From Macrostomum lignano (lineage: Eukaryota): a stretch of 64,000 nucleotides of DNA. Below, piece by piece: positions 36,357 to 48,990 of this stretch. The stretch is taken from NCBI GenBank assembly GCA_002269645.1, contig NIVC01002093.1, positions 124,001 to 188,000 on the forward strand. Reading direction: 5' to 3'. Both the position numbers and the translations under genes were made by a program. The notes beneath the pieces were generated by a model that was not told where the DNA came from, did no database searches, and saw only the letters and a program-made list of their open reading frames with translations. Position 1 is the stretch's first letter, and each line of letters begins with the position of its first letter.

Positions 36357-39318
36357 TCTAAATATACTAAATCTCTAATATTTGTTTGTTTGTATGCTTG
36401 AATGTCCATAACGCTCTAGAGACTGCAATTCTTCACCGATTTTGATCGTGATCGCGTTTTCGCCAAAAGATTCAAAATTGTCTGGAAAGAAGACAGTTAA
36501 AATGTCTTTAATCTGCTCCAATGCTAAAGGGATTTAATATTCGAAAAACAGTTTTAAATGGGCGAATTCAATTCAAATTTTATCAGCAAGAAACTTCACA
36601 GTCAATCTTAATTGATTGCGCCAGAGCCAACTGATCAGAAAACTCATGGACCCCACTGCCCAGATAATTACTTTATTTAAATTGCGCAACCATACCAGGG
36701 GTCAAAAATAAAATTATTCTGGAGGCTAGCAGCGAGCTCTTTAAGCGTCAAAGATCTGTTTTTCGTAACGCTCTACAGACTGCAATTCTTGACCAATTTT
36801 GATCGCGTTTTCGCCAAAACTTTTGTAATTATCTGGAAAGAGGACAGCTAAAATTTCTTTTATCTGCTTCAATGCTAAAGGTATTAAATATTCGAAAACA
36901 AGTTTATCTAAATGCTTTTAATGGAAGGCCAAGCAGCGTTGAATTCTTGACTGGCTGAATTCCAATTCTAAATGATTGCGCCACAACTGCGTACTGCTCG
37001 CTATCTCGCTATAACTGTCTCGCTATAAACTGACTCTGAGCTTTTCAGCAGGAGGCAGTGTGCCAAGCATTGCGCAGGCACTCTGGAGGGAGAGAGAAAT
37101 CAGCCAGTGCATTTTAAAAGTATTGAAATTGAGAGACTTACTTAACTGTGCAATGGCTCTGCCAGCACCAAAACTGTGCACACTGAGCAGGCTATCACTG
37201 CTATGTATTTGACTGCAGTGCCGAAGCATATATGTCTGATTTTTGCGCCCTTCCATCAGTAGGCGGAATAGGCCTCCCTGGTGGATAATTAAAATAAGTA
37301 AATTCATTCATTTGTAACTTGTGACTCGACTAAATATAACATATTTTTTATTAATTTTAATTGCAACATTTTTTATTAATTAGCAAATAATTTTTGCTAC
37401 TTGGCACAAGCCACTTATAAAATTTGATTTTAAAAAACTGCTTCGTGCATTACTGATCCCATCAACGAGTACTGCCTCGCACCATGAAAGTATGAAATTG
37501 CTATTAAACTGCAGGCCATGCTGCTAAAATTGCTTAAAGATGAGCCGTAAAATGCTGAGCACATTTTTAGATTATTGGAAGATTGGAAGATTATTGGAAA
37601 GGAGAACAGAAGATGCTGAGGGAACTGCAGATTGTCAAAGGGATCATTCATGCAGACTGCAAAGGGAAAAATGGAACAAACTGCTGAGGTAGTTCCTCCA
37701 CACTTATGAGTGCATAGCAGCAAATTGTTGAGGGGATAACTATCTACAGAGTTTAAAGTGGATAATAGCTGTGAAGTATTAAGTGCAAGTTGTTGAGTGG
37801 ATAACTGCGGACTGCTGAGTGAAGTATTGTAGTTTGCTGATGTTAATGAAAGTTGTAGACGGCACAGTGGATATCTGCACGCTGCTAAGAGTATGACTGC
37901 AGTCTGTTTGTGGGATTAGAAGTGATAGCTAATTTCAGGATGTTGTGGAGATAACTGCCGATTTCTGGGGGGGGGGGTTAACTTCAAACTGCCGAAGTTA
38001 CTAAACTTCTTGAATTTAGTTTGAATCTTGAATCTTGAATTAGAAGTTTTAGTAACTGCCGAAGTTACTAAACTTCTTGAATAGTATAAGGCTTTTAGCA
38101 GAAGGTCGGCAGTTCGAGTCTGTAATGAAGCAGCGAATTTATCTTTGTGACAATAATCATTGTTTCCTATGAGGATTCATGCAAATTTTTAGCATTTTCA
38201 TTTTGTAGATACTTTTGCTGGGGCTACGCTAAGCTTTAAGAGCAGCGCTAATCGGGGAGAGCAGTGCTAATCTGATGTATAAAATAAAATAATAAATATG
38301 TAAGGGGATTACATATCAACTTTAACCTGCAAGTTGACAAAGCATTTCATATGGTTTCGATTATCCAGAAGCAATATGGCAATAAGCAAAGATTAGTGGC
38401 CATCTGCTCACTGATTGTGCAAAACAGTGCTGGTGAATCATTGCTAAACTGCTGGTGAAGCATTTTTAAACTGCTGGTGAAGCAGTGCTAAACTGCTGGT
38501 GAACCATTGCTGAAATGCTGGTGAACCATTGCTGAAATGCTGGTGAACCATTGCTGAAATTCTGGTGAACCATTGCTAAACTGCGGAAAGCTTTCAAGAG
38601 ATTTCAAGGCTTACTGGGGGAATTGCTGATATGTCAAGGCTTACTGGGGCAATTGCTGAGATGTCAAGGCTTACTGGGGCAATTGCTGAGATTTCAAGGC
38701 TTACTGGGGCAATTGCTGACATGCCAAGGCTTACTGGGGGAATTGCTGAGATGTCAAGGCTTACAGGGGAATCGCTGATATGTCAAGGCTCATGGACGAT
38801 GGCTGAATTTTGGGGGGGGATTTCTAGGTTATTGGGCGATTGTCAGATAGTCAGGTAGTACGGCTCATGTAGTAGCTCATGTAATTCAGATAATGAAAAA
38901 GTACACACAAGTGATGCTGATTTCTGCTAATAGGAAATACCAGCGCATTTATTAAATGTTTGATTCTTTGATTTAGGCTAATAAACAGAGAGGGTCTAAG
39001 GCCGTCACGGATTTGCATTTTGAGCTCCTGCTGCGGATCAGAATATGCCCCGGCCAGTGACGATATTCACAAAGAGTTTGTGCTTGAAAGGATAAGCACT
39101 ATTTGCTGATTGAGAATGGGTTTTGGGCTGATGAACGAAACTTTTTGGCTAATGAAAGTTCTGATTCATGGCAACTTATTTTTCAAACGTGAGAAAAGGT
39201 AATTTTTGATTAATGGAAATCAAAATTTTGGATAGTTATAGTAAGGTTGCTGTTGTGCCAAAATAAAAACCAATTGGTGTCATTTTCAAGGCTCCCCAGA
39301 GGGGGGCTAAATGGCTAG
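36357..39318 (+). mobile_element. Non-autonomous Helitron joined head-to-tail on both sides
   Basis: Starts tctaaatatactaaatctc and ends hairpin-CTAG; its 3' ~470 bp nearly match 35880-36356. Confidence 0.85.
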
Positions 39319-39889
39319 TCCTATATACTAAAAATGAGTTGTCTGTGGGTATGCGATAGATTTCAGAAAAATTGGCTCAATCGATTTTCTTCAAACTTGC
39401 ACCATTCGATCAGAAATTTTCCTGGGACGGTACATGCATCTTGGCTAAGAAATTGTTCAATGTTAAAGGGATTAAATATTCGAAAAACATGCTTTTTTGC
39501 AAAGGTCAAGCTAAATTTTCGACTTGAAATGCATTTTAAGAATGCTAGAGAAAAAACAGACTGGCTGAAATCCGATTGTGATAAAGATTGCATCACAACA
39601 AGTTGAAAACAGTGTCAAAGAAATGCACACACGACTTGAATGAAATTGCGTAACCATATTGCCAACTTAAATTGAGACTGATTCTGGCTGACTGAGAAAT
39701 TGATTATGTCATAACTTTTTACTCCAATTGACTTGCTGTAAGAATTGAATTATAAGGGCCACAAGTCATGTTCTCCAATTGAAAAGAGATAGCCGGATGC
39801 AAGCAGACTAATGTAGCGACCTTGGTTCGAATCTTAGTAGTGAAAAATGTTTTTTTTTATTAAAACACCTTAAAAAACACAAAATGCGA

Positions 39890-42850
39890 AACATTAAAGA
39901 GCCACCATGTCAAACATAAAAGAGCTATCATGTCAAACATATACGTGACTACATGTCAAACATAAGAGTTACCATTAAGAACATTAAAGAGACACCATGT
40001 CGAAACATTAAAGAGCCACCATGTCAAACATGAAACAAACACCATTAAGAACATTAAAGAGCCACCATGTCGAACATTAAAAAGCCACCATGTCAAACAT
40101 TAAAGAGCCACCATTTCAAACCTAAAAGAGCCACCATGTCGAACATTAAAAAGCCACCATGTCAAACATTAAAGAGCCACCATTTCAAACCTAAAAGAGC
40201 CACCATGTCGAACATTAAAGAGCCACCATTTCAAACCTAAAAGAGCCACCATGTCGAACATTAAAAAGCCACCATGTCAAACATTAAAGAGCCACCATTT
40301 CAAACCTAAAAGAGCCACCATGTAGAACATTAAAGAGCCACCATATCAAACATAAAAGAGTTACCATGTCAAACATTAAAGAGCCACCATTTCGAAAATT
40401 AAAGAGCCACCATGTCAAACATTAAAGAGCCACCATTTCGAAAATTAAAGAGCCACCATTTCAAACATTAAAGAGCCACCATGTCAAACATTAAAGAGCC
40501 ACCATGTAGAACATTAAAGAGCCACCATGGCAAACATATACATGACTCTATGTCGAACAATCAAGAGCCACCATGTCAAACATATACATGACTCCATGTC
40601 AAACATTAAAGAGACACCATGTCAAACATTAAACAGCCACCATGTCAAACATTTAAGAGCCACCATGTCAAACATATAAATGACTCCATGTCGAACATTA
40701 AAGAGCCACCATGTCAAACATAAAACAGACACCATGTCAAATATTAAAGAGCCACCATGTCAAACATTAAAGAGCCACCAGGTCAAACATGAAAGTGCCA
40801 CCATGTAAAACATTAAAGAGCCTCCATGTCGAACATTTAAGAACCACCATGTCAAACATAAAATAGCCACCATGTGAAACATATACGTGACCCCATGTAA
40901 AACACTAAAGAGCTACCATATCAGACATATACATGACTCCATGTCAAACATAGAAGAGCCCCCATGTCAAACATAAAAGAGCCCCCATGTCAAACATAGA
41001 AGAGTCACCATGTCAGACATTGAAAAGCCACCGTATCAAACATAAAAGAGTTACCATGTACGAGCGTAGAACAAAAAAGAGCCACAATGTATAACATAAA
41101 AGAGCCACCCTGTTAAACATAAAAGATAAACAATTTCAAACGTAAAAGTAAGCGAATTTTAAAGGAGCCGCTATAAAGCTAAGGAAATTGTCGCACTAGC
41201 TACTTATTGTCTGGTGGATGCTTGCTATTTGGGGATGCTATCTATCTTGGGGATGCTTGCTATTTGGGGATGCTATCTATCTTGGGGATGCTTGCTATCT
41301 GGAGGATGCTTGCTATCTTGGGGATGCTTGCTATCTGAGGGATGCTTGCTATCTGGGGGATGCTTGCGATCTGGGGGATGCTTGCTATCTGGGGGATGCT
41401 TGCTATCTTTGGGATGCTTGCTATCTGGGGGATGCTTGCTATCTTGGGGATGCTTGCTATCTAGGGGAGCCACCATGTCAAACATATACGTGACTCCCTG
41501 TCTAACATTAAAGAGCCACCATGTAAAACATATACATATGACTACATAACAAACATTAAACAGCCACCATGTCGAACATTAAGGAGCCACCATGTCGAAC
41601 ATTAAAGAGCCACCATGTCGAAAATTAAAGAGCCACCATTTCAAGCATAAAATAGCCACTATGTCAAACATTAAAGAGCCACCATGTCAAACATATACAT
41701 GACTACATGTCAAACATATATGTGACTCCATGTCAAACAATAAAGGGCCACCATGTCGAACATTAAACAGTCACCATGTGAAGCATATACGTGACTCCAT
41801 GCCAAAAACATACATGACTCCATGTCACACATTAAAGAACCACCATGTCGAACATTAAAGAGCCACCATTTCAAGCATAAAAGAGCCACTATGTCAAACA
41901 TTAAAGAGCCACCATGTCACACATTAAAGAGCCACCATGTAGAACATTAAAGAGCCACAATGTAGAACATTAAAGAGCCATGATGTCAAACAATAAAAAG
42001 CCATCATGTCAATTAATAAAGAGCCACCATGTCGAAGATTAAAGAGCCACAATATGTAGAACATTAAAGAGCCACAATGTCAAGCATTAAAGAGCCACCA
42101 TGTAGAACATTAAAGAGCCACCATGTAGAGCATTAAAGAGCCACAATGTAGAGCATTAAAAAGCCACCATGTAGAACATTAAAGAGCCACCATGTAGAAC
42201 ATTAAAGAGACACCATGTCAAACATTAAAGAGCCACCATGTCGAACATTAAGTAGCCATCATGTCAAACAATAAAGAGCCACCATGTTGAACATTAAAGA
42301 GCCACCATGTCAAATATTAAAGAGCACAATGTAGAACATTAAAGAGCCACCATGTCAAAAATTAAAGAGCAACAATGTAAAAAATTAAAGAGCCACAATG
42401 TCGAGCATTAAAGAGACACCATGTCAAACATTAAAAAGCCACCATGTCAAACAATAAAGAGCCACCATGTTGAACATTAAAGAGCCACCATGTCAAACAG
42501 TAAAGAGCCACCATGTCGAACATTAAAGCGCCACCATGTCGAACGTTAAAGAGCCACCATGTCAAACATTAAAGAGCCACAATGTCGAACAGTAAAGAGC
42601 CACCATGTCGAACATTAAAGAGCCACCATGTCGAACGTTAAAGAGCCACCATGTCGAACATTAACGAGCCACGATGTCAAACATAAAAGAGCTACCAAGT
42701 TAGACATAGAAGAGCCACCATGTGAAACATATATGTGACTCCATGTCAAACATTAAAGAGCCACCATGTAGAACATTAAAGAGTCACCATGCCAAACATT
42801 AAAAAGCCACCAATTCAAACATAAAATAGCCACCATTTCAAACACAGGAG
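39890..42850. repeat. ~20-bp minisatellite (aaacattaaagagccaccatgtc), interrupted at 41210-41465 by an 18-19-bp repeat (ggatgcttgctatctggg)
   Basis: Direct reading. Confidence 0.97.
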
Positions 42851-42944
42851 AGACATTTTCAAACGTAATAAGAAGCGTCATGCCAATCATAAAGGAGCCC
42901 CTAGAAAGCTAAAAGGAAATGTTGCACTATATACTTTTTGTCTG

Positions 42945-43190
42945 GTGGATGCTTGCTATTTAAGGATAGATACTTGCTATCAATTGGATGCTTGCTATCT
43001 GGGGTTCTTTCTATCTGGGGTGCTTGCTATCTGAGGGATGCTTGCTATCTCGGGGTGCTTGCTATCTGGGGGTGCTTGCTATCTGGGGGTGCTTGCTATC
43101 TGGGGGTGCTTGCTATCTGGGGGTGCTTGCTATCTGGGGGTGCTTGCTATCTGGGGGTGCTTGCTATCTGGGGGTGCTTGCTATCTGGGA
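42945..43190. repeat. ggtgcttgctatctggg minisatellite
   Basis: Direct reading. Confidence 0.95.
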
Positions 43191-43452
43191 GGAGGGGGGA
43201 TGTTTGCTGTCTTGGGATGTTTTCTTTTTGCATTGCGCTTCATTTGAGCAGTTTTTCTGTTGTCTTTGTGAAGACTATTTGGCGGGTTTTTTTTACTTGT
43301 AGAGAACAGAAGTTCTATCCAGATGTCCCCCATCGGGGGGCGAAGATTGCTAGTGCTGAGCTAATTTCTACATTGTTGAAAGAATCATTGTAGTAGACGA
43401 TGCTGCTAAACTGCTGAGGTTATTGCTAAATGCTGAGTTGCGCAAGACTGCC

Positions 43453-46353
43453 AATTTGCCCTTCGGCGCCGAGCCAGGACCCTCCAAAGGCGAGCGCTCG
43501 AAACCAAAGACCCATCTGACAGAGAGGCCTATACCCGTGCGATCCACGAGTTTAAGGGCCAAGTCAGAAGGGCCAAGACGGCCAAGTGGCGCCAATACTG
43601 CGAAGGGCTTGAGGGCTCTCGCCCCGTAGCCCGCGTGGTTAAGGCACTCACAAATGACCGTTTTTCTAAACTCTCTGTTGTAAAGAGACCTGACGGCTCG
43701 GTCACAGGGAGCTCTGAAGAGACTCTGGAGCTAATGCTCAACAGTTTCTTCCCTAAATCTCCGACTCAGCAGGGCCCGCCTGACCACACAGTGGGAGGGC
43801 AAGGCCTAGCAAAGTCTATAATCACCAAAGACCGCATTATTAGAGCGGCAAGGTCCTCTAACCCGTTCAAGGCGCCTGGGCCCGACGGCATCTACCCAGC
43901 GTTCTTGCACGAGGCGGCGAAAAACCACCGCTTTCTGGACCTCCTCTGTCGTCTCCTCCGAGCTTGTGTGGAACTGGGCTATGTACCAGTTGCGTGGAGA
44001 GAGGCCCGGGTGGTCTTTATCCCCAAGCCTGGAAAGAGCGATTACCAATCGGTGAAGGCCTTCAGGCCTATCAGCCTCACTTCTTTCTGCCTCAAGCTCC
44101 TCGAGAGACTGGTGCTCTGGCGCCTACTTTCAGTCGAGCTGAAGCGCTTCCCACTCTCGCAGAACCAGCACGCCTTCCGCGCGGGCAGGTCTACCGAGAG
44201 TGCCCTCCATGTCATTGTTGACTTCCTGGAGAGGGCCGTTCTTGGCAGCGGCTTTGCCCTCTCGCTTTTTCTGGACATTGAGGGGGCCTTCGACAACGTC
44301 ATCTTCGAGGCCTTTTGCAGAGCCCTGGAATCCAGGGCCACGCACCCTCACCTTGTCCGGTGGATCATGTTCATGATCCGGAACCGCACTGTTGTGGCCC
44401 ACCTGAACGGCAGCTCTCTTTCGGCGCCTGTCCAAAAAGGGGGCCCCCAGGGCGGAGTTCTCACCCCCGTTCTCTGGAACATGGTCATGGATGAGCTGCT
44501 TTGCAGTGATCTCCACGACCCCATTCTCAAGGTGGGCTATGCCGATGACGTGACCGCGATCTGCGCGGGCCCCTCGGTTGACACCATCAGAGATCTTCTG
44601 CAGGGCTTTCTGGGACGAGCGGAGCGTTGGGCAAACCAATGTGGTCTTAGACTCTCAGAGTCGAAAACCACAGCGGTCATGTTTACCAACAAACTGCTCT
44701 GGACCATTAAGCCCCTCACCCTCTATGGAAAGAACATTTCCATGGAGAAGCAGGTCCGCTGCCTGGGCCTCACTCTGGACCACAGGCTCAACTGGACTCC
44801 GCACATTCAAACTAAAGCCAAAAAAGCCCTGGCTGTCCTGGCTCAGATCAGGCGCGCCGTGGGCACCACCTGGGGGCTCACCCCAGGAAGCTGTGGTGGA
44901 TTTACACTGCAATCATCCGCCCCTCGATCAGTTACGCCAGCCTCGTGTGGGCTAGCGGTCTGGGCGTCAAGAGTAACCTCGACGCTCTCTACAAAATCCA
45001 GGGCAGAGCCTGCCGCATGACTATGGGCGCTCCACCCTCTACTCCTTTTGAAGGCATGAATGCCTTCCTCTGCACCCCTCCTCTGGATATTTATATCAAA
45101 GGAGAGGCGGCGAAGAGCACACGGCGTCTTGTGGATGCTGGGGTGGCCTTCAAGAAAGTGCGGGCCTTTAAGAAGCGGCCGCTTATCCCGCACTCTGACC
45201 TCTGCCTCAAGGCTCTAGAAGAATGTGGCGGGCTCAACATCCTCTCGGACTCGATCCCAGCCACCCTTCTCCTGAGCCAAAGGTATAAGGTCACTATTCA
45301 GCCTCGACATGAGGCGAGTGACAGCTGGAGCGATTCTGAAGTCCACTGTTACACTGACGGCTCTATGAAGCATGGTCTTTCAGGCTTCGGAGCGTGCGTC
45401 TTCTTCAAGGGAGAAGTGGCGTGGAGCTACTCCCAGCACACTGGGCTCAACTCCAGTGATTTTCAGAGCGAGGTGCTTGCCATCAGCTCCTGCGCGGCAG
45501 AACTGCGCCGAAGGCAGCTTAGCGGTCGGAAGCTTATTTTTCACTCTGACAGCCAAGCAGCCCTTCGGGCCCTCTGCCGCTGCACCACCAGCTCCAGGTC
45601 CGTCCTGGACTGCAACACCCAGCTCAACGGGCTTGCGCTAGGCAACCAGGTGGAGCTCAGATGGATCCCGGGCCACGCCGGCTTCCTCGGCAACGAGCGC
45701 GCCGACCTGCTGGCCAAGGCTGGCTCCGCCGGCGCGCTGCTGGGGCCGGGCCCGGGAGCCCCCATCCCCGCCTCGGTGATCAACTCCCGCGTTAAGCGCT
45801 GGGCTGACTCCGAGCATCTCCGCAGGTGGCACGACACCCGGAACTGTAGGCAATCCCGGGCGGCCGTCCCCTGCCCCTCCCCTCTCCTGCGTAGAGCCCT
45901 CCTCAGGCTCAACCGCAGAGACCTCAGAGCAGTTAGCATGGCCCTCTCCGGGCATGGCTGCTTCTCTCGTCACCGCTTCCTTCAGGGCCAGGTACCCGAG
46001 GAGCGGTGCCCCTTCTGCCGCTCAGGCAGTGAAAACGCCGAGCATTTTATCTGCCACTGCCCGGTTTTCACCAGGGCCAGGCTCACTCACCTCGGGCCAA
46101 ACCCGGTTCTCTCCGACGTTTGCAGGCCCGAGAGCATCCCGCTGCTCGCCCGGTACCTCAGGGACACGGGACGAGCCGATTTCTTCCCCACTGTCGGTGA
46201 GGAGGATCACGCTGCAGGCGAGACCGACGGGTCCCCCTGAGCGACTTCACTTCAACGGAAGTCATTGGTCGCCAGGGGCTAGCGGAATGGGCGGTCTCCT
46301 CCGCCTCCCCGCTGCATCCGCCGGACGCCCCCTGCAGCTAAGTCAAGTAAGTC

Positions 46354-46355
<2 letters not shown>
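43453..46355 (+). mobile_element. 5'-truncated non-LTR retrotransposon with RT and RNase H (R1/LOA-like)
   Basis: KAPGPDGI, FLDIEGAFDNV, GGPQGGVLTP, GYADD, YTDGS, WIPGHAG..GNERAD, CPFC..EHFICHC; one frameshift near 44885; 3' taagtcaa repeats. Confidence 0.93.
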
Positions 46356-46386
<31 letters not shown>

Positions 46387-46403
46387 CTTCATCATCATCA
46401 TCA

Positions 46404-48990
46404 TCACAATATACTAAATCTCTAAGGTTTGACCGGTATTCCAGTCTACAGCCTGAATGCCTGAACCGATTTTTTTCAAACTTGCTTTATTCAACTCAAA
46501 ATTCTTGTGAGATTGTGTGGGTGTAATTGCATTGAAAAATTCGAATGAGAAGTTGGTTAAATATTCGAAAAACGAGTTTTCCCAATGCTTTCAATGGGAG
46601 GCTAGAAAAGGTCAAAATCTCACTAACTGAATTTCAATTCCAATTAAGATTGCGCCACAACTTTTCTCTGTTCACTGTGTACGCCTCAATACTGGCTGCA
46701 ATAGGGGAGAGTAAAATAATGCTCAGTGGCTGCGTGTGTACATTCTGACCCTGGCTGACTGGCGGACTGCATAGACAATTGCTATTAATAGATTTCACTC
46801 AACTGTGCATTGGCTCTGCCTGCACAACCTGTGCACACTGAGCAGCCTATCACTGCTATGTATTTGACTGCAGTGCCGAAGCATATATGGCTGATTTTTG
46901 CACCCTCCGATCAGTAGGCGGAATAGCCGCAGTGTAGGCACTAGGACTAGGTTTAAGCTAGGCATAAGGTCCAAGGTTCGAGTCCGCCTCCCCAGCGGAT
47001 AATTAAAATTAAATAAATTCATTCATTAGTAGCTTCTGCCTCGACTATTTTGAGCATTTTTAGAATAATTTTTTGCTACTCGCACAAGCCAGTAAGCAAA
47101 TTTGATTTGATTTGAAAAATCCAAAGATCCCATTAATTGTTATTATCTAGGTCTATAGAAGTAGATATTACTAAACTGCAGATGATGCTGCTAAACTGCT
47201 GAGGTATTGCTAAATGCTGAGTGGTGCAAAAGATTGCCGATATGTGTCGAAAATCTATTAGTGAGCCATAAAATGCTGAGCAAATTTTTAAATCATTGAA
47301 AAGATCATTGCAGTTTGCTGAAAATACTGAGGGGCCAGCTGAGAGAACTGCAGACTGCTGAGGGGATAAATGAGAATTATTAAGGAAACACTTGCTGACT
47401 GCAAATGAATTGACTGCAGACTACTGAGGGGAACTGCAGATTGTTGAAGGGATCATTGCAGACTGCAAAGGGGACAAACTGCAAACTCCTGACGTCGGTT
47501 AGTTTCTCGAGACTTATGAGCGTATAAGCTGCAAACTGCCGAGGGGATAGCTGCAGACTGCTAGGATAATAATGGCAGACTTCTGAGGAGGATATCTAAC
47601 TGTGAATAATTGTAGCTTGCAGAAGGGACAATTCTGGGTCCCTGAGGGATAAATGAATAATATTAATAAAAGTTGTAGAGTGCAAATGAGTTGTATGACT
47701 GCAGTCTGTTTTGCGGAATTAGAAGGGATAATTTCAGGTTGTTGTGGGGATAACTGCCAATTTCTGGGGAGGGTTTAACTTTAAACTTCTGAGGCGATAA
47801 TAGTAGTCACCTTTTAGCAGTTTGGGAGTGGTGCTAATCTGGGGAGCGGTGCTAATCTAAGGGAGTGGGGCTAATATAAAGGAGTGGGGGGGGGGCTAAT
47901 CTGGGGGATTGGGGCTAATCTGGGGGATTGGGGCTAATCTGGGGGATTGGGGCTAATCTGGGGGATTGGGGCTAATCTGGAGGAAGTAGCGGTGCGAATT
48001 TTTGCGGAGTGGTGCAAATCTGGAGAAGTAGTGCTAATCTGGGAAGGTGAAACTATCTGGGAAGCGGCGGTAATCTGTGGAGCGGTGCTAATCTAGGCTG
48101 AGTGCTAATCTGGGCTGAGTGCTAATCTGGGCTGAGTGCTAATCTGGGCTGAGTGCTAATCTGGGCAGAGTGCTAATCTGGGCTGAGTGCTAATCTGGGC
48201 AGAGTGCTAATCTAGGCTGAGTGCTAATCTAGGCTGAGTGCTATCTTAGGCTGAGTGCTAATCTGGGCTGAGTACTAATCTAGGCTGAGTGCTAATCTGG
48301 GCTGAGTGCTAATCTGGGCTGAGTGCTAATCTAGGCTGAGTGCTATCTTAGGCTGAGTGCTAATCTGGGCTGAGTGCTAATCTGGGCTGAGTGCTAATCT
48401 GGGCTGAGTGCTAATCTAGGCTGAGTGCTAATCTAGGCTGAGTGCTAATCTGGGCGCAGTGCTAATCTGGGCTGAGTGCTAATCTGGGCTGAGTGCTAAT
48501 CTGGGCTGAGTGCTAATCTGGGCTGAGTGCTAATCTAGGCTGAGTGCTAATCTGGGCGCAGTGCTAATCTGGGCGTAGTGCTAATCTGGGCGCAGTGCTA
48601 ATCTGGGCGCAGTGCTAATCTGGGGGAAGTGGGGCTAATCTGGGGGTGTGCGGCTAATATGGGGGGAGTAGTGCTAATCTGGGGGAAGTGGGGCTAATCT
48701 GGGGGTGTATGTCTAATGTGGGAGAATAGTGCTAATCTGGTGAGGATTTGAAAATAACGAATAGTCATAAAAGAACTATAAATGAATTGACATTGCAAAG
48801 TTTCAAACATTAAGAAATGTAACTTTTTAGAAATTTTTAGTCTCAGTAAAATTGGTGTACAACTGCTTAGAGATTTGCTACTGCAGAACTGCTCAGAGAT
48901 TAGTGAGATTTGCTCAGCGACTGTGCAAAACTGCTTATAGACAAGCGCTAAACTGCTAAGAAGCCACCCGGAGGGGGGCTGAATGGCTAG
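46404..48990 (+). mobile_element. Non-autonomous Helitron family A, complete
   Basis: A|TC start inside (ATC)n; end gccacccggaggggggctgaatggCTAG. Confidence 0.88.
47830..48740. repeat. 17-bp minisatellite (ggctgagtgctaatctg) inside the Helitron
   Basis: Direct reading. Confidence 0.95.

Larger units (their letters stand above)
39319..43353 (+). mobile_element. Non-autonomous Helitron family B with large minisatellite cargo
   Basis: TCCTATATACTAA start; end ccccatcggggggcgaagattgCTAG|T; sister copy at 51937-53991. Confidence 0.85.

Noticed and set aside
39890-42850. CRISPR-like array
   Set aside because: Contiguous degenerate units with no unique spacers, no cas genes, eukaryotic context
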